From the NCBI GenBank assembly GCA_000320545.1, contig ADNK01002694.1, forward strand, positions 1-57,061: a stretch of 57,061 bases of DNA, written 5' to 3'. The notes below the pieces were generated by a model. That model was given only the letters and a program-made list of their open reading frames with translations, did no database searches and was not told the origin of the DNA. The position numbers and the translations under genes were made by a program. The DNA comes from Bigelowiella natans CCMP2755. Lineage: Eukaryota; Protista; Cercozoa. Every line of letters starts with the position of its first letter. Position 1 is the first letter of the stretch. Positions 1 through 12,470 of the stretch are shown here, one piece after another.

Positions 1-1178
1 AGATGTGCAGAGCTGGTGAGGAGGAGGACCGCAAAAATGACCAGAGATCCCTGTATAATCATCGCTGGGATCTGGCTTCGAAGCCCGAATGCGGTGAAGA
101 AGGCCAGCAGCGCGAAAGGATACGCCGTCTGGTCCTGTGATAAATTGGTGAGGTGGTGAGGGTTCAGTGTAGATATCGAGTCGGCCACTATTTGGGTGGG
201 GGGGGGATGTGGCAAAATTTCTCTTTTCTCATTGACTGCTCGCGCTCTTCATGCGTACGAATGACACATGTCGTCTTCATGGGCATGGGTTAGTCATTCC
301 ACGCATTTCTTCTTCTTCTTCTTCTTCTTTTTCGTTGTTCCAACCTTATCTTCATCTCTAAGAAACCCCTGAGCCGAGACGACAGACGTCGCGACCGCTA
401 AGCAACCGCAGATCCTATGAAAATAGGAGAATAAACACATCTATCTATCACACATGAGCGAGGAGTACGGCTGCGCATGCACCAGTTTTCTTCCGTATCC
501 CCTCTCCTCCTCCTCCTCCTCCTCCTCCTCCTCCTCCTCCTCTTTGTTGGAGTTATTACCCGATGAGAATCTCTGGAACACCGAACGGGGGAAGCTCCTG
601 AATAAGGGGTGAACCATTGAAAATCAAGGATGAGCAGCTGCTATTCTCACATCGGACATCGTGTCGGCCACCTTGCATTTCCCTCTCACTTCGTCAACGA
701 ATGGCCGGCGATAAGTGTCTTTTTCGTCCTTTTCAGTTGAAAGGGCTTGGACGTCGTGATTCCTCCTCTCTGGCAAGGAGGCACTTGGAGGGGCCTGGGG
801 TGTCGCTGTGTCGGAGATTTTCTCCAGTGCTTTCTCATCTGTCGTCCTATGCTTACTTTCACGGGCTGCTATGTCCAACAGACCCCTACGCGGTTTCGGG
901 ATAACCTGATCGGTTTGTGCGAATATGTGATGAACATGGATAAAAAAAGCTCTAAGAAGAAAAATCATCGACAGCCAAACTGGAAGAAGGGACAGGTGCC
1001 CATCCCCCCCCCCCCCACACACAAACATACACAGACCGACAGAAACAAATACCACATTCGGGTCCCCCGCATCCATCTGGAGGCGCGGGTGCTCGGATGG
1101 TGCAAACGGATCAGCAGGTCTACTCGAATCTGTTTCCTTTTTGATTTCTTTCCCCGTTGTCGTTAAAAATGACGACAA
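1..1178 (-). CDS. 5' part of a multi-exon gene for an uncharacterised membrane protein (runs off the left edge)
   Basis: Minus-strand segments bounded by GT/AG: ~1053-1178 (SSFLTTTGKE...GDPNV), ~652-910, ~560-598 (ELPPFGVPEILI), ~368-415 (ICGCLAVATSVVSAQ) and 1-135 (DQTAYPFALLAFFTAFGLRSQIPAMIIQGSLVIFAVLLLTSS, hydrophobic). Start codon not resolved (candidate ATG 1310). Confidence 0.45.
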
Positions 1179-1261
1179 CTCGGATACAACACAACAAAAC
1201 GGATGGGATTTATCGTTAACGACAACAAAAGAAACATTGAATCCCTAGAATCCTTACCGGT

Positions 1262-2500
1262 AATCCAGAGAAATGGCCTCATGATTCTTCTGGTGCGGGT
1301 TGATGCTCATGATCCAATTGTCAACAATTGATTGTCAATTGGCATGATCCTTTCAACGTTGTTTGGCTGAGGTCACAGATGAGTTGGCGTGACCTCTGGT
1401 CCTTTCAACCGCTTCTGTGGAACCGTTTCATTCATTCATTCAACTTCTCCAATCTTCTTTCTTTCATTCTTTCCGGCCCCTGCAACACCTTTGCTGGGCA
1501 AATCGTCGCACGGCAGCAAATCAGACACCAACACCCTCGCCAAAGAATCGAAACTGAGCTGTGAATTTGGTCAGCCAAAAAGTTGTGAGATCCCAACATC
1601 ATTTCTTGTTCTTTGCAGGCCAACAAGCAGGCAAAGTTGAAAAGCACTTCTGTGTGCAACAAGAAATGCTGGAATGCGTGATGGATTGTCAATTTTGGCA
1701 AATCATCAGGTGCTTTGAACAATTCAAAATTGGTGAAACAGACGAAGTGGGGGCTTCGTCAGAGAACAGGAGAAGTGCGAGACTTGTTCTTTCCTTCCGT
1801 GCATGAGACATGCCAGCATGCTGGCATGGCGATCTAGCGATGCTAGCGATGGTCACTGGGTCACATTGAGATGATGCATCGACCGTTCTGGCGTTCTAGC
1901 GTTGTTGACTGCTAGATGCTAGACCACACATTGCATGTGTGTCATGTTGCTGTGTCCATTCTAGCATTGTACCAGTTGGCGTTCAACAAAGCTCAGATGA
2001 AAACTGTGAAAAGAAGTCGATGATGTGGTGTGCCTGCTAGCTAGCTAGCCATTCAACAACGTTGACAGTCTGGCATCATGTGTCTAGAGTGTTGCACGCG
2101 CTTGTGGGAAGTCATTTGTGCGTGCCTGCCAGCCCAGCAGGCTAGCTAGCTAGCTAGGTAGGCAGCACTAGAGCAGGCTGGACAGTGGAGCATGCAGCCT
2201 AGTAGACCGATCTAGCGATCTGACTGATCTCATCGAGCTACATCTTGTCTAGCTTGTGCATGCAGAGAACTCTGAACTAGTAGATCTAGAGATGATGGAA
2301 GAAGATCTCGCTATAAGCCCACGCTAGCACGCGCAACATGACGGCAAAGCTGGGATGACGACGATGGTGGTGCGAGGCCAAGTAGCAAACTAGCAAAGGC
2401 AGCGACTCTGACCGATGAATTTTCATGATTGAGAGTCATCCACACAGTATTTCTAGATTTGAGCGCAGGCAGCTAGCGTGACACATGCAATGATGGTTCG
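1262..2500. other. TpA-depleted, CTAG-scar-rich intergenic island
   Basis: No TA dinucleotide from 1263 to 1834; nine perfect NNNN-CTAG-NNNN motifs in 1830-2460 plus (CTAG)3 at 2037-2048 and (CTAG)4 at 2142-2157. Confidence 0.9.
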
Positions 2501-2774
2501 CATTTGCACCTTTGTGTTATCCTTGGGAGTTGCTATTGAATAATAATACATCGTAATCACAGTCGTATCTCGTGTGACCGTTTGCCCCGCAATGGTCCTT
2601 CCCCATGGCGGAGGCTAGATTCTCTGCATACCCAGTTTCTTCTTTCCTACAGCAGGTGATTTCTATTGTTTCGAGAAACTAATGCCGTCAATGCAGTCAA
2701 GTCCGCACTAGGAGCAGTATAATATGCACTGATTAATATTGAGGTAATTAAGTCCTCGGCGAACAAACACACAA

Positions 2775-3955
2775 TCACCGGTGCAATTCGACCGTGACAC
2801 CTCCGGAATAACTTTCCAGCTACTCGCTACTATAAGCATACAAATCTTGTCTGCTCTGTCTTACAGAGGACTATGCTTCCCCCCTCCTCCGTACGCAGTA
2901 TCCTCATGTTCATATCTAAATAGGTGGTTCGAACTGGGGGAGACGGGAGGGAGTCCTTCCCTTTCCGCATGTCGATGGCTTTTTGTTGCACTGTTTGTAT
3001 GTACACATGAGCGACGGCAGCGTACATAGCGTTGACAGCGTCCTCTTGCTCTCCGACGACCTTAGTATAGTGAGGAAGGGTTTAGAAGAGGAGAGTGGGA
3101 GAGAGGAGATGTGGATGAATTCACCTTGTTGACGAGCATGTATTCCTCGTAGTCGTCCAGACTTGAATCCTCAATGTATGAACGTGGGATGTTGGCATTT
3201 TTCTGCCGCATCACGAGGGCCCCCCGCGTGAGTGTCCATCCTACGAAACCACCAAATTGCACAAACACACGCAGTATGAAAGAACTACCACCGAAAACAC
3301 AACAAAGTGGTCGCCAGATTGCATGGTGTAGGTGTGAAAAGCTTGTTATTTTCCCTGAATATCACCTTCATATCCTAGCCTCGTAAGATGTGGGATGGAC
3401 GTGTAGATCACCTTTGACAATGTATGTAGTGAGCAGGAAATAAAAGGCTACGCGCCACCACAACTTCAAGGGTCGGCGGCAAACAAAACAAGGCACTGGA
3501 CAACATCATCGAAGCATGTTGCAACGAGCAGGAGCGATAGCGAAGCGAGCAGAGCATCACCTCCCAAGTTCCTTGTAGGAGCTCAGATTTTGACGGCTCT
3601 GCAATGGGGTTTGTTGCCTCGAGCTCTCTGACAAGCACTTCCAGCGTCTCGTCGGTTACTAGAGTCTCGCCCCTCATTCTCATCACGAGGGACTCCAGAA
3701 GCCGCGACTTTTCCGGTGGAGCGTGTGTGACCACCTCCTGAACCTGAGGGGGGGGGGAGGGGATCGATCAAATGAGATTGAAGCACCACAAACTATCGTT
3801 TTTTGCTTATATCTATCTCTTCACTGCCATTGAGGAAAAGCTACATCTCCGCATGTTTTTCAAGGTAAAAACACTGCATGCCAATGGGCTGTTGGTTTCG
3901 CAAGTATGTTGTTACGCCTTCTTTCCCACGCAACGACTAATAAAACCATACCACC

Positions 3956-3986
<31 letters not shown>

Positions 3987-4708
3987 TATTGCTCGTTACC
4001 GCTGAGGGGCGTTGATTTTGCTGCTGTTGCTGGTTCGCAGCGGAAGTGGCAGCAGCAAGCATTGGATCTGTTTCACCGGTAGGCAGCGATTCCGCAGGGG
4101 CGGGGGTGGCGGCGGATGCGACGGGGGCTGTTTTTGTGAGCTCCATTATCTTTGCCGTATTAGGGTCAACTGGAGGTTCCTCCTCCTGCTGTTGCTGCTG
4201 CTGCTGCTGCACAGGAGGGGGGGGAGGGGTCAACTGCTGAACAGCTGCTGCTGCCGCTGCTGCCACTGCTTGTGCCGCACCACCACGCATCAGAGCATCC
4301 ATTGCTGTTTTCTCTGCTGAATTCTGATTCAGTGGTGGGGGCGTCGCGCTCTCCGTCGTTGCCGCTGTCGGGTGTACTGGAGCGGGAGGTGGGGGAGGGG
4401 GGTAGGGCGAAGACGATACGGGTAATGGAGTCGTGGGGGCCTCAGCAGCGGAGCCAGCAGGTTTGTTTGCGCTGGCAGAAGCGTCGGTGATCGCTCCATC
4501 TGTGACAGTAGCAGTGGAGATGGAGGCCGATGGGGATGGCGATTTTGACTTCTCCGCCTCCGCTTTCGCCTTATTTGTCGCCGGCGATGTGGGGATTTCC
4601 GGAGGTTGGAAGCGATTATCATTTTTCGTAGTAGCTTCCGTTTCGAGCTTCTTGCGGAACTCGTTGAAGCTTTTACGTCGGAAACGATCCTTTTGTTTTC
4701 GCATCCTT

Positions 4709-4798
<90 letters not shown>

Positions 4799-7587
4799 TT
4801 TATAAATATGATGATTAACAATTTTTGAAACGCAATTCCTGGTGTCACATTTCACTGCGACGCGCAGTGCATATACATATTTCCAACACCTTTCAGCGTC
4901 AGCCTCGAGATCGCGTTCGAAGACAAAGAGGTAGTCATCGCTTCCGCTGAATATAGATTTTGACAAACGTTTGGAAGGGGTTATTTGAAATAAAAGGCGA
5001 TGATATCTGAAGCCATTGTTTAAACACGAGTCCATGCGCAGTAAGTTGTTTTCGGTTATTGTTTTAGGGGTGAGAAACCGACCGAACAACGAGCATTTTT
5101 TCGTCAAGGTAGACTGGTTTAATGATCTGAAATGCCCTGCGCATCTGCGATCCGAAGTCACTTTCCTCTCCCTCGAAGAAACCGTCTAGTTGCAGGGTAT
5201 AATAAGGGAGCAACACATATGCACATACGAACAGAGAAAAATTGAGAAAAGAGGAGAGAACAGATAAAACATTATCAAACCATTCTCTTACTCAAAATAG
5301 TAGAGGATTTCGACCGATGGAGAACAAATATCCCACGTCGTCCCCTGCCCCCCCTCATACAGCACTAGGAGCATACTCACCAAATTCTACGATTTTCCCC
5401 ATCCCTCTTAACCAAAACCTCCGACCCCCCCCCCCCCATCCCTCTTCTCGTTTACCAGGGGATGTTTCCAATTCCCGATTCAAACTTGGCTGCTTAGGCG
5501 TAAAACTGAGCGTCTTCGCCACATCGTAGCTGTTATCGTTATTATTCATGATGCCCCGCCTCGCGCCATTTACGCCGTTGCGAACTCGCCTTCGGGTGCC
5601 TGGTACAGGGCTGATATAGTCTCTCCTGTCGTTTTTCTTCCTTAAATTGGAAGTTCTAGCGATAGCGTCCATTCCATTAGTGTTGATTGCAGTGGTGCTG
5701 CTTTCGCGACGATCTATCGGCACCCAGCCTGCAAAGCCATTCAAGCTTGCCTTGTCGCTATTGCCGCTTTCAGTCTGTCCTTGCTGCCACCTTGTCTTTT
5801 CCTCCTCCTCGGAGAAAATCACTGTTCATTGGCGTCGCAGTCAGCGATGGTTTTGGCTCAAATGAGAAAAGGCCCTTCTAACAAGATGCTTCGTATACCG
5901 TGACTATCATGTGCGAAGATGCAAGTATTTTGAACATCGCATTTCTTACCATCACAAAAATTTAATCTGTACGTATTCACTTCCTCGCAATGATACCTTT
6001 GAATCGGTTCTCCATTTCTCTCAAAGATGCCTTCTGCGTGATAACAGCACGGACAGGGCCAGCCGAAAGGCCAAGAGAGAACGAAATTTCCCTGAAATAA
6101 ATTAATAAATAAATGTGTTTATCCCCTCCCTCTGTTCTACTTTTATGGTATGCGCGCGCGCGTGTCGTTATTTCTCAACGTGATGCACGATTGAAGTAAA
6201 TTAATTGAGGCTTACCCCTTTTCCGTATCGATGATATGCAAATACTCAGCCTAATCATTTATGCATATTAGTTGCCAATACCATTTTCGTTGGAAAAAGT
6301 GAATGAAATAGTAAAAAGTTCGTTAGGGAAAGTACTACATCGTTAAGGTATTGTAATGTCGGGTTGTTGGTGAATTCCAGTTTCCACGTGCCGGACATTT
6401 CTCTGACCCGTACGCAATAAATTAGTATTTTGACCGAAAGGATTATTCTGGAAAATGCTATCGAGTCAGGAGAGGTACTGTGATGATGCGCAATATAGAC
6501 ACACTGTACTACTCACCCTTCCTTCAAGTCAGTATCCCCCATCGCTTCTATTAACCCAGAGACTTCTTTCTCCAACGCCTGAAAGTTTGGCATCATCGAT
6601 ATCAGTAGACATTTCGTAAGAGGTGATTATCCAGCGCTTCGGGGGGGGAGGCAAAGTAGAAATGAGAAAGGGCGTGCTTCTATCTTTTTTAATGTAGTCT
6701 TTCTACCACAGAAGCTGCGAGTTTGGTTTTCAGCTGCGACTTCAGTGACCACCCCTCCTTCTTATCCTTTGGGTCTTGTTGATCACCCTTGATGTTCTTG
6801 TTCATATCCTCGTCCCCTTGAAAGAAAAACACATGACAGCAATGAACTCGCGAATTCAGGTAAACCAGTTATGTTCTCAATCTTAATTACATATTTGAGC
6901 TTCTGTCGCGTGAACTTGCACAGTCTTGGTCAATTTAGCCGATGGTTTCACTTCGCTAGCAGTAATCTCAGGCTCCTCCGGAGATCTATCTTTGATGGAA
7001 TGGCGCTCGCTTGATGAAGGCTTGAAAAAAGGCGACCTTTGATGGAATATCATTTAGCAATCGATTTATCAAAAGGAGTTAGTCGTGCGGCTCACATCCT
7101 TTTGCAAAAAAATTTTCTACTCTCGACTAATTTGATCGATAATTTTTTTGGCGCAATGGTCGACCATGAATTTCTATCGTTAGGATGAGTGAAATATCAT
7201 GCTCTACCATCCATGCGTTGACAAAGCGCCTACGACGGCACGGCCCTAACGATAATGTAAGAGTAATAATCCCAAATATGTCATACGAGCGAGCGGATTT
7301 ATCAGATGCCAACAAAATTCATCACAGATAGCATCAATTAGGAAAATAATAACGATCACCGTTCTGAGCCTAGGCAGCCCCTTCCTCCCTCCTTTCAACG
7401 TGAAAGACGTGGATCCTGATGGGGTCGAAGTATGTTGAAGAGCTAACTTCGGATATCCCTGGGCGGAAATAAATGCATCATCGAAGGAATATCGCTTAGC
7501 AGCGCCTTCCTCTGGAACAAATCGGATCAGCACCATCAAGCTGACGACACAGAGCCCAAAAGCGTAGAATACAATCTTTGGTCGCAT
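2775..7587 (-). CDS. Multi-exon PAP/fibrillin-family protein, apparently two fibrillin domains separated by a Pro/Ala/Gln-rich linker, with a bipartite plastid-type leader
   Basis: Leader MRPKIVFYAFGLCVVSLMVLIRF (ATG 7587). Fibrillin-like motifs: EMSGTWKLEFTN (~6370-6405), DDYLFVFER (~4915-4940), LVRELEATNPIAEPSKSELLQGTWE (3560-3635), TTYLDMNMRILRTEEGGSIVL (2865-2930). Last exon LESYSGGVTVELHR* ends at 2775. Not all internal exons resolved; two adjacent genes cannot be excluded. Confidence 0.68.
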
Positions 7588-9299
7588 TTTCGATTCTTTT
7601 TGAGATCGCCGGCCAAAATTTAGATGTGTCCTATTCCTATTTTACCACACAGGGGGGGAATGGCTAAGTTCATCCTACTTTATTCCTCTAGCGTTTTGTT
7701 TTGTCATTGCTTCTAAAAAAGGAAGGCCACTTCTAGGAAGCGTACATGTACACTTCACAATCAAGAAATTCTATCCAACACATCCAACCGAACAAGCTTG
7801 GAACAAATTAATGTGGCGGGAAGATTTCCAGGAATAATATCGCTACCTATTCCCAGCCAGTGAGGGGTAGGGGATGGCCATTGGGCACACAGGACAATAT
7901 GTTAAGGAGCAGTAAGTTACAAGATGTATCATCTTATATCATCAACCGTCTCTACCCTCAGTGACCTGATCACATAGGAATTTTTACAATTTTTCTTTCT
8001 CGGAAGCAAATTTATGCAATAACTGCATGTTGTCGTTCTAATAATTCTTCGGGATCATCGAGCTTGATTTCACTATCAAGGGTTGAACGAAGGCACGAAA
8101 GTGCTTCCCTCGAAAAATTTGACAGCCGAAATATAGATTCTTTTCAGTCCGGACTTCAGCAAAATTATGAGATGAATTTGTACAACCATGTAGAAAATGA
8201 ATTGCGACATATCTGAGATGAATCAATTCATTACAAAATTAGAAAAAACATTCAAACCTTCCTAATAATAATCTGACAAAAGAAGTTGCTTACAAACTGA
8301 GAACAGTTTTCTCATCCCATTTAGAAGCAAAATCTAAACTCTTTTTTACGAGCGAGACTTGTGTATGTTGCTTCCGTTTACAATATTTTAGGTCATTACT
8401 TTAAGCGAAAAATATTAAATCTATCTTCTTCATTCTTAAAATTTCTGTACATTTCCTGGTGATTTTCCAGAAGACTATCCACAACCGTAACGACGAGCGC
8501 TCCAAAACGGACGACGGGTGCCACGAGCACGTCGCTGGTAGTCGCTGGTAGGGTTTGCTCCTAAAATCGATGTACTTACGACAAAGATTTGACTTGTCTC
8601 GACATTGGAATGAAGGAGTTTGGAATCCTGTAAAAAATAATGCCAAAAACTTTTAAAAGTAGCTCTACGACTTGAGAAGTTCAAGTTTTAGGGTAAAATG
8701 GAATCGGCCCGGTCCCTCGTCTGCCTCCTCTTCGTGTGTACGCTGGCTTCGATTTCGCCCGTGGCTCGACCTGGTCTAGAGCCATTTTTCTCCGATAATT
8801 TCCCTTTTATGCATGAGTTGAGGCTATGGCCGCGAACCATTTTGGATTTTCCTTAAAAGGGGGGGGAGAAATCCCCGGTTCCTCGGAATCCCCCCGCGTT
8901 GCATTCTCGATTCAAACATGTTTTCAAAGGAAGTGACAACTGGGACGCCAAATACTCTCATTCTTAGGGTTATGGTGATGTTTGGATGTGCTGCAGATGA
9001 TTTCTTTTTGGAGTTGACAAGCTATGTGGTTGTAGGTGGAAGGCACAATGGGGCTTCGAACCATCCATCCATGAGAAAAATACCGAGTGGAGCTCATGGC
9101 CCTCAAATACATCATGTTGCCATTATTATTATCTATTCCGATGTGACTTCTGTATGACTTAACCATAATATTGCATCCAGGCAAAAAAGCTGGCAATGCT
9201 TCGGGGTGGGGCGACAACAAAAGCAGGACCAACGCATGGTTGCTACTCTCAACCAGTATTAGAATGAAAATAATAACTATTCCCCCCATATCAGAACTA

Positions 9300-10470
9300 A
9301 TGTCTATTCTGCGTGCTGCGACTCCCGCAACTTGTTTCCTCGCACTGTCGTGGGCATCGTTGATCAATCCCAAATTTCTGTTGGAGCTTACGGATGGTGT
9401 GGTACCGAAGCTTCTAATGTTCGAGGCTGCAAACTCTCGTAAGAGCGTGGGAAAGGGCGTGGTTGCCGCAGCAGGATTGACGCTTGCCTCTGCTCTACCG
9501 GAATCGCGATCCAAAGTATTTGAACTCGGTAACTTGCTCTGTGTGAATGTGTGCTCGCGGCAGGGGGGTTCATAATTAGCAATGTGTTAAAAAATATGTG
9601 AGAAATGTGTAGCATATGTAAAGACACATATGCCGGCACGGGCCAAAAAAACGAGGATGAGATGCGTAGATGCGTAGATGCATATTTCGTCGATTCCAAA
9701 CGCTACTCCTTTCCGCATGCAATATCCGCTGCTACAGCAGTAAAATTCTGTACAAATCACACACACCTAGGCGAGATTTTCTCGGATATTTCTCGGGAAG
9801 ACTCTGCTGAGATCATCGAGCCGCTGCTCCTGAAAGCCGCGAGGATTCTAGGACGGGAGTCCATCGGCCTCGCTGAATTCATGCAGATAAAAGAAAATCT
9901 GGCGAAAGAACCGGACGGAATGAAGCTAGTTTCTTCGTCGCCATCATCGCTGCTGTTACGTCGTGCGCGGGGTGCGTTTAGCATCGTGAACGCCATGTGG
10001 ATGCTATCTATCATCGGCATAGCAACATCGCTGGGGCCGTCCGTGTACTGGATGCTGATACCGTTGCGCAAGATGCTGCTTGCAGCGCTGCGGGGCTTTC
10101 AGGAGGCTCTAGAGTATTTGATAAACAAGGTGATGTAGGTATAAGGGCGGGATGGGCGTCGAGCTCCTGCGAAACAAATACTCGCAGAAGCAGTATTTTC
10201 ACTAGCAATAGGGATACCAACCATATTTCTTGGGGGGGGGGGGGGGGTCTACTATCACAGGCAACATAAATCGTTTCTCGACTGTTCGTGAAATATGTCT
10301 TAAATTCAAGCACAAAGATGAGAGAGAGAGGGTGCGGGGGGGGCGGAGCGAAAGCCAACCATGAACAAGGGGGGACATCATATCTCCCATACTCCATTAC
10401 ATTATTTGCAGCAACATCTATATAAATGCCGTATTATTCCTCTCTTTGCCTCATCAGTTTTACAGATTCT

Positions 10471-10514
<44 letters not shown>

Positions 10515-11516
10515 CCTCCTCCTCCCTCCCTTTCCTGCCGTTTTCTTCCGTGCTGACGGCACCATTCTTGTGCCTTTGTACGTACCCCACAGGTGCTCGT
10601 TCCCATGCACAAATTTGGCGTGTTCGAGGTCCTCTCCTGGGCTGCCGCGTCGTTCTTTTTGGTCGAGGCAAACCGTTTCAGGGAAAAGGAGAATCAGTCC
10701 CCTGTCGCGGGGTTTATCGCCTTGACGGGGCTCGCCGTGGCGCTGCCATCCCTTGCGTATTCAACGAGCCTGCACTTGAAGGCGGGAAAAGGGTTGTTGA
10801 AAACTGGGACGGACAGGATGTTGCAGCTGCTGCGCAAGCTCTGGTTCTTAGGGACTACGATTCCTCTAGCGATGTCGACGCAAAACAGCCTGCTCGGAAC
10901 GGGGGCGGTGCTTGCAGCGTTCAACATGATCGGCTTCAATGCATGGGCGGGGGACTGTTGCTACGCGCTCGGATTCGAAAGCAAAAGCGGGCTGGTGAGA
11001 TCCAACATAGCCGCTCATCTCGTCCTCGGGGCCATGATCGCCGCCAAGTGGCTTGGATCAGAGAGGGTGGTGGCAATGCTCGAGCCTTTCCGGGGGGGGG
11101 TGAGCATCTTTGGGACTCTCACTTTGTTCATTTCCCAGCTCATCACGTCTTCCACGGAGTACGTTGAGTGGGAGGGGGAGAAGGCAGCCTCAAGAAGCAA
11201 TGGCGGTGGGAGCAACGTGGCGGTCCGCTACGTCGCACGTCAAATAGCAATGCTCGCTAGTCTGGCCGCAGGGGTGTTCTTTTCTTCCAGGCTTGATCTT
11301 GAGGCTCTTGGAAACACTACCCGCACATTTGGAGTGATATATTTATGGACGAAATTCTCCGAGTTCTGCCGCGCCACTAGCATTCCAGTTGCAATAAACA
11401 TGCTGCTAACGAGCGTAGGGCTGTGGAAGGCATCGCACTGGTTCCATCGGAAGGCAGCGCAGGATCCAGGATTCGTGAAGAAATGGTTCGCGGATGGGTT
11501 TACAAAAAGTGCATAG
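9300..11516 (+). CDS. Three-exon polytopic membrane protein of unknown family
   Basis: Exons 9300-9528 (MSILRAATPATCFLALSWASL..., donor G|GTAAC), 9771-10129 (donor AAG|GTGAT) and 10593-11516 join in frame (VFELG-EIFSD; YLINK-VLVPM). Many hydrophobic helices. Confidence 0.75.
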
Positions 11517-11529
11517 CATCAAAGCAGTC

Positions 11530-12470
11530 AGCAGTCAACGAACGATGTGTAGACTCATTGATGTCCAATTCTGCGCGCGCTGCGCGTCATCGTGTGCAAT
11601 CTAAAAATGCAAGGACTCCGTGCGTGCAGGCTTGTGAAATGTCAGCTGCAGTTGTCAACGAGCCACCTAGCTAGCTAGTGACAAAGCTAGAAAGATTTTG
11701 CGCAGCAGTGAACTGCCAAGGTGCATGAAAAACTCTGCATGTGTTGCACGTTCAAAGGAAGCTGGGTTCTGTCAATGTGGATCGCATGATGAAAATTCCA
11801 ACAATGAAATCCTTCTCGTTTGTTGTGAAACAAACGACGTGTCATGGCAACCGCACAAAATTGCATCGTTGGAAATTGGACAATGGACAATGAACAAAGC
11901 ATTGATGCAAATCAACATGCGCAAGAACCACATGGGAGACTAGCGAACACATGACAGACACAGCAACATGATGTTGCACGTCCATCATGCACATGCTGGC
12001 ATGCAGCAGCGCCTCAAGCGTGGGAGAGAAATGCATTTTGAGCACACAGGTTGAAGGGGGTGAACAATGAAACAATGAACAATGATGAAAAACTACGTTT
12101 CCAAAGTGTAGCAAGACACTTGCAATGCACGAAATGCAGTGCCTCGAACTAGGTTCAGTGAGGACTGACTAGCAAATTGGCAGGGATCGTGCAAGTTGGC
12201 ACGAACTGAGCATTGAGAAACAACACAACTAGCAGCAATGTGGCGACGAGGCAAAGCATCCACTCTGAGCAAGAACTTCCTGATAGCTGTGTCCACACGA
12301 AGGTCAACGATCGGATCATCCGAGGGGGCACACACCAAGCAAAACTTCGGTTTTTGCACATTGTTTTGGCAGAGTCAGGAGCATCAAAGAATGAAGAGCA
12401 AGCAGGAGAAGCGGGGCCCAGAGCTGCTCTAAAAAAGGTGTGCATTCTCGATTTGTGCGTTTCATACTTA
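11530..12470. other. TpA-depleted intergenic island
   Basis: Residual TA is almost only in CTA/TAG context; none between 11691 and 11939. (CTAG)3 at 11667-11678; AAAG-CTAG-AAAG at 11683-11694. Confidence 0.85.

Noticed and set aside
1263-1834. CpG-methylation decay or fungal RIP as the cause of the TG/CA excess
   Set aside because: CpG is plentiful and TA is lost rather than gained; the TIR and ankyrin comparisons show TA->TG/CA.
1830-2460. CTAG motifs as restriction/ligation or linker artefacts, or a simple (CTAG)n satellite
   Set aside because: The duplicated 4-mers vary, the motifs cluster downstream of genes, and some show later mutation. Raw-read confirmation is still advisable.
8340-8856. 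Small gene (signal-like + ORF at 8698, or spliced minus-strand segments)
   Set aside because: Could not build a consistent in-frame model or recognise a motif on either strand.
8924-9514. 196-aa minus-strand ORF (and the 287-aa ORF at 13170-14033)
   Set aside because: Antisense shadows of better-supported plus-strand genes.
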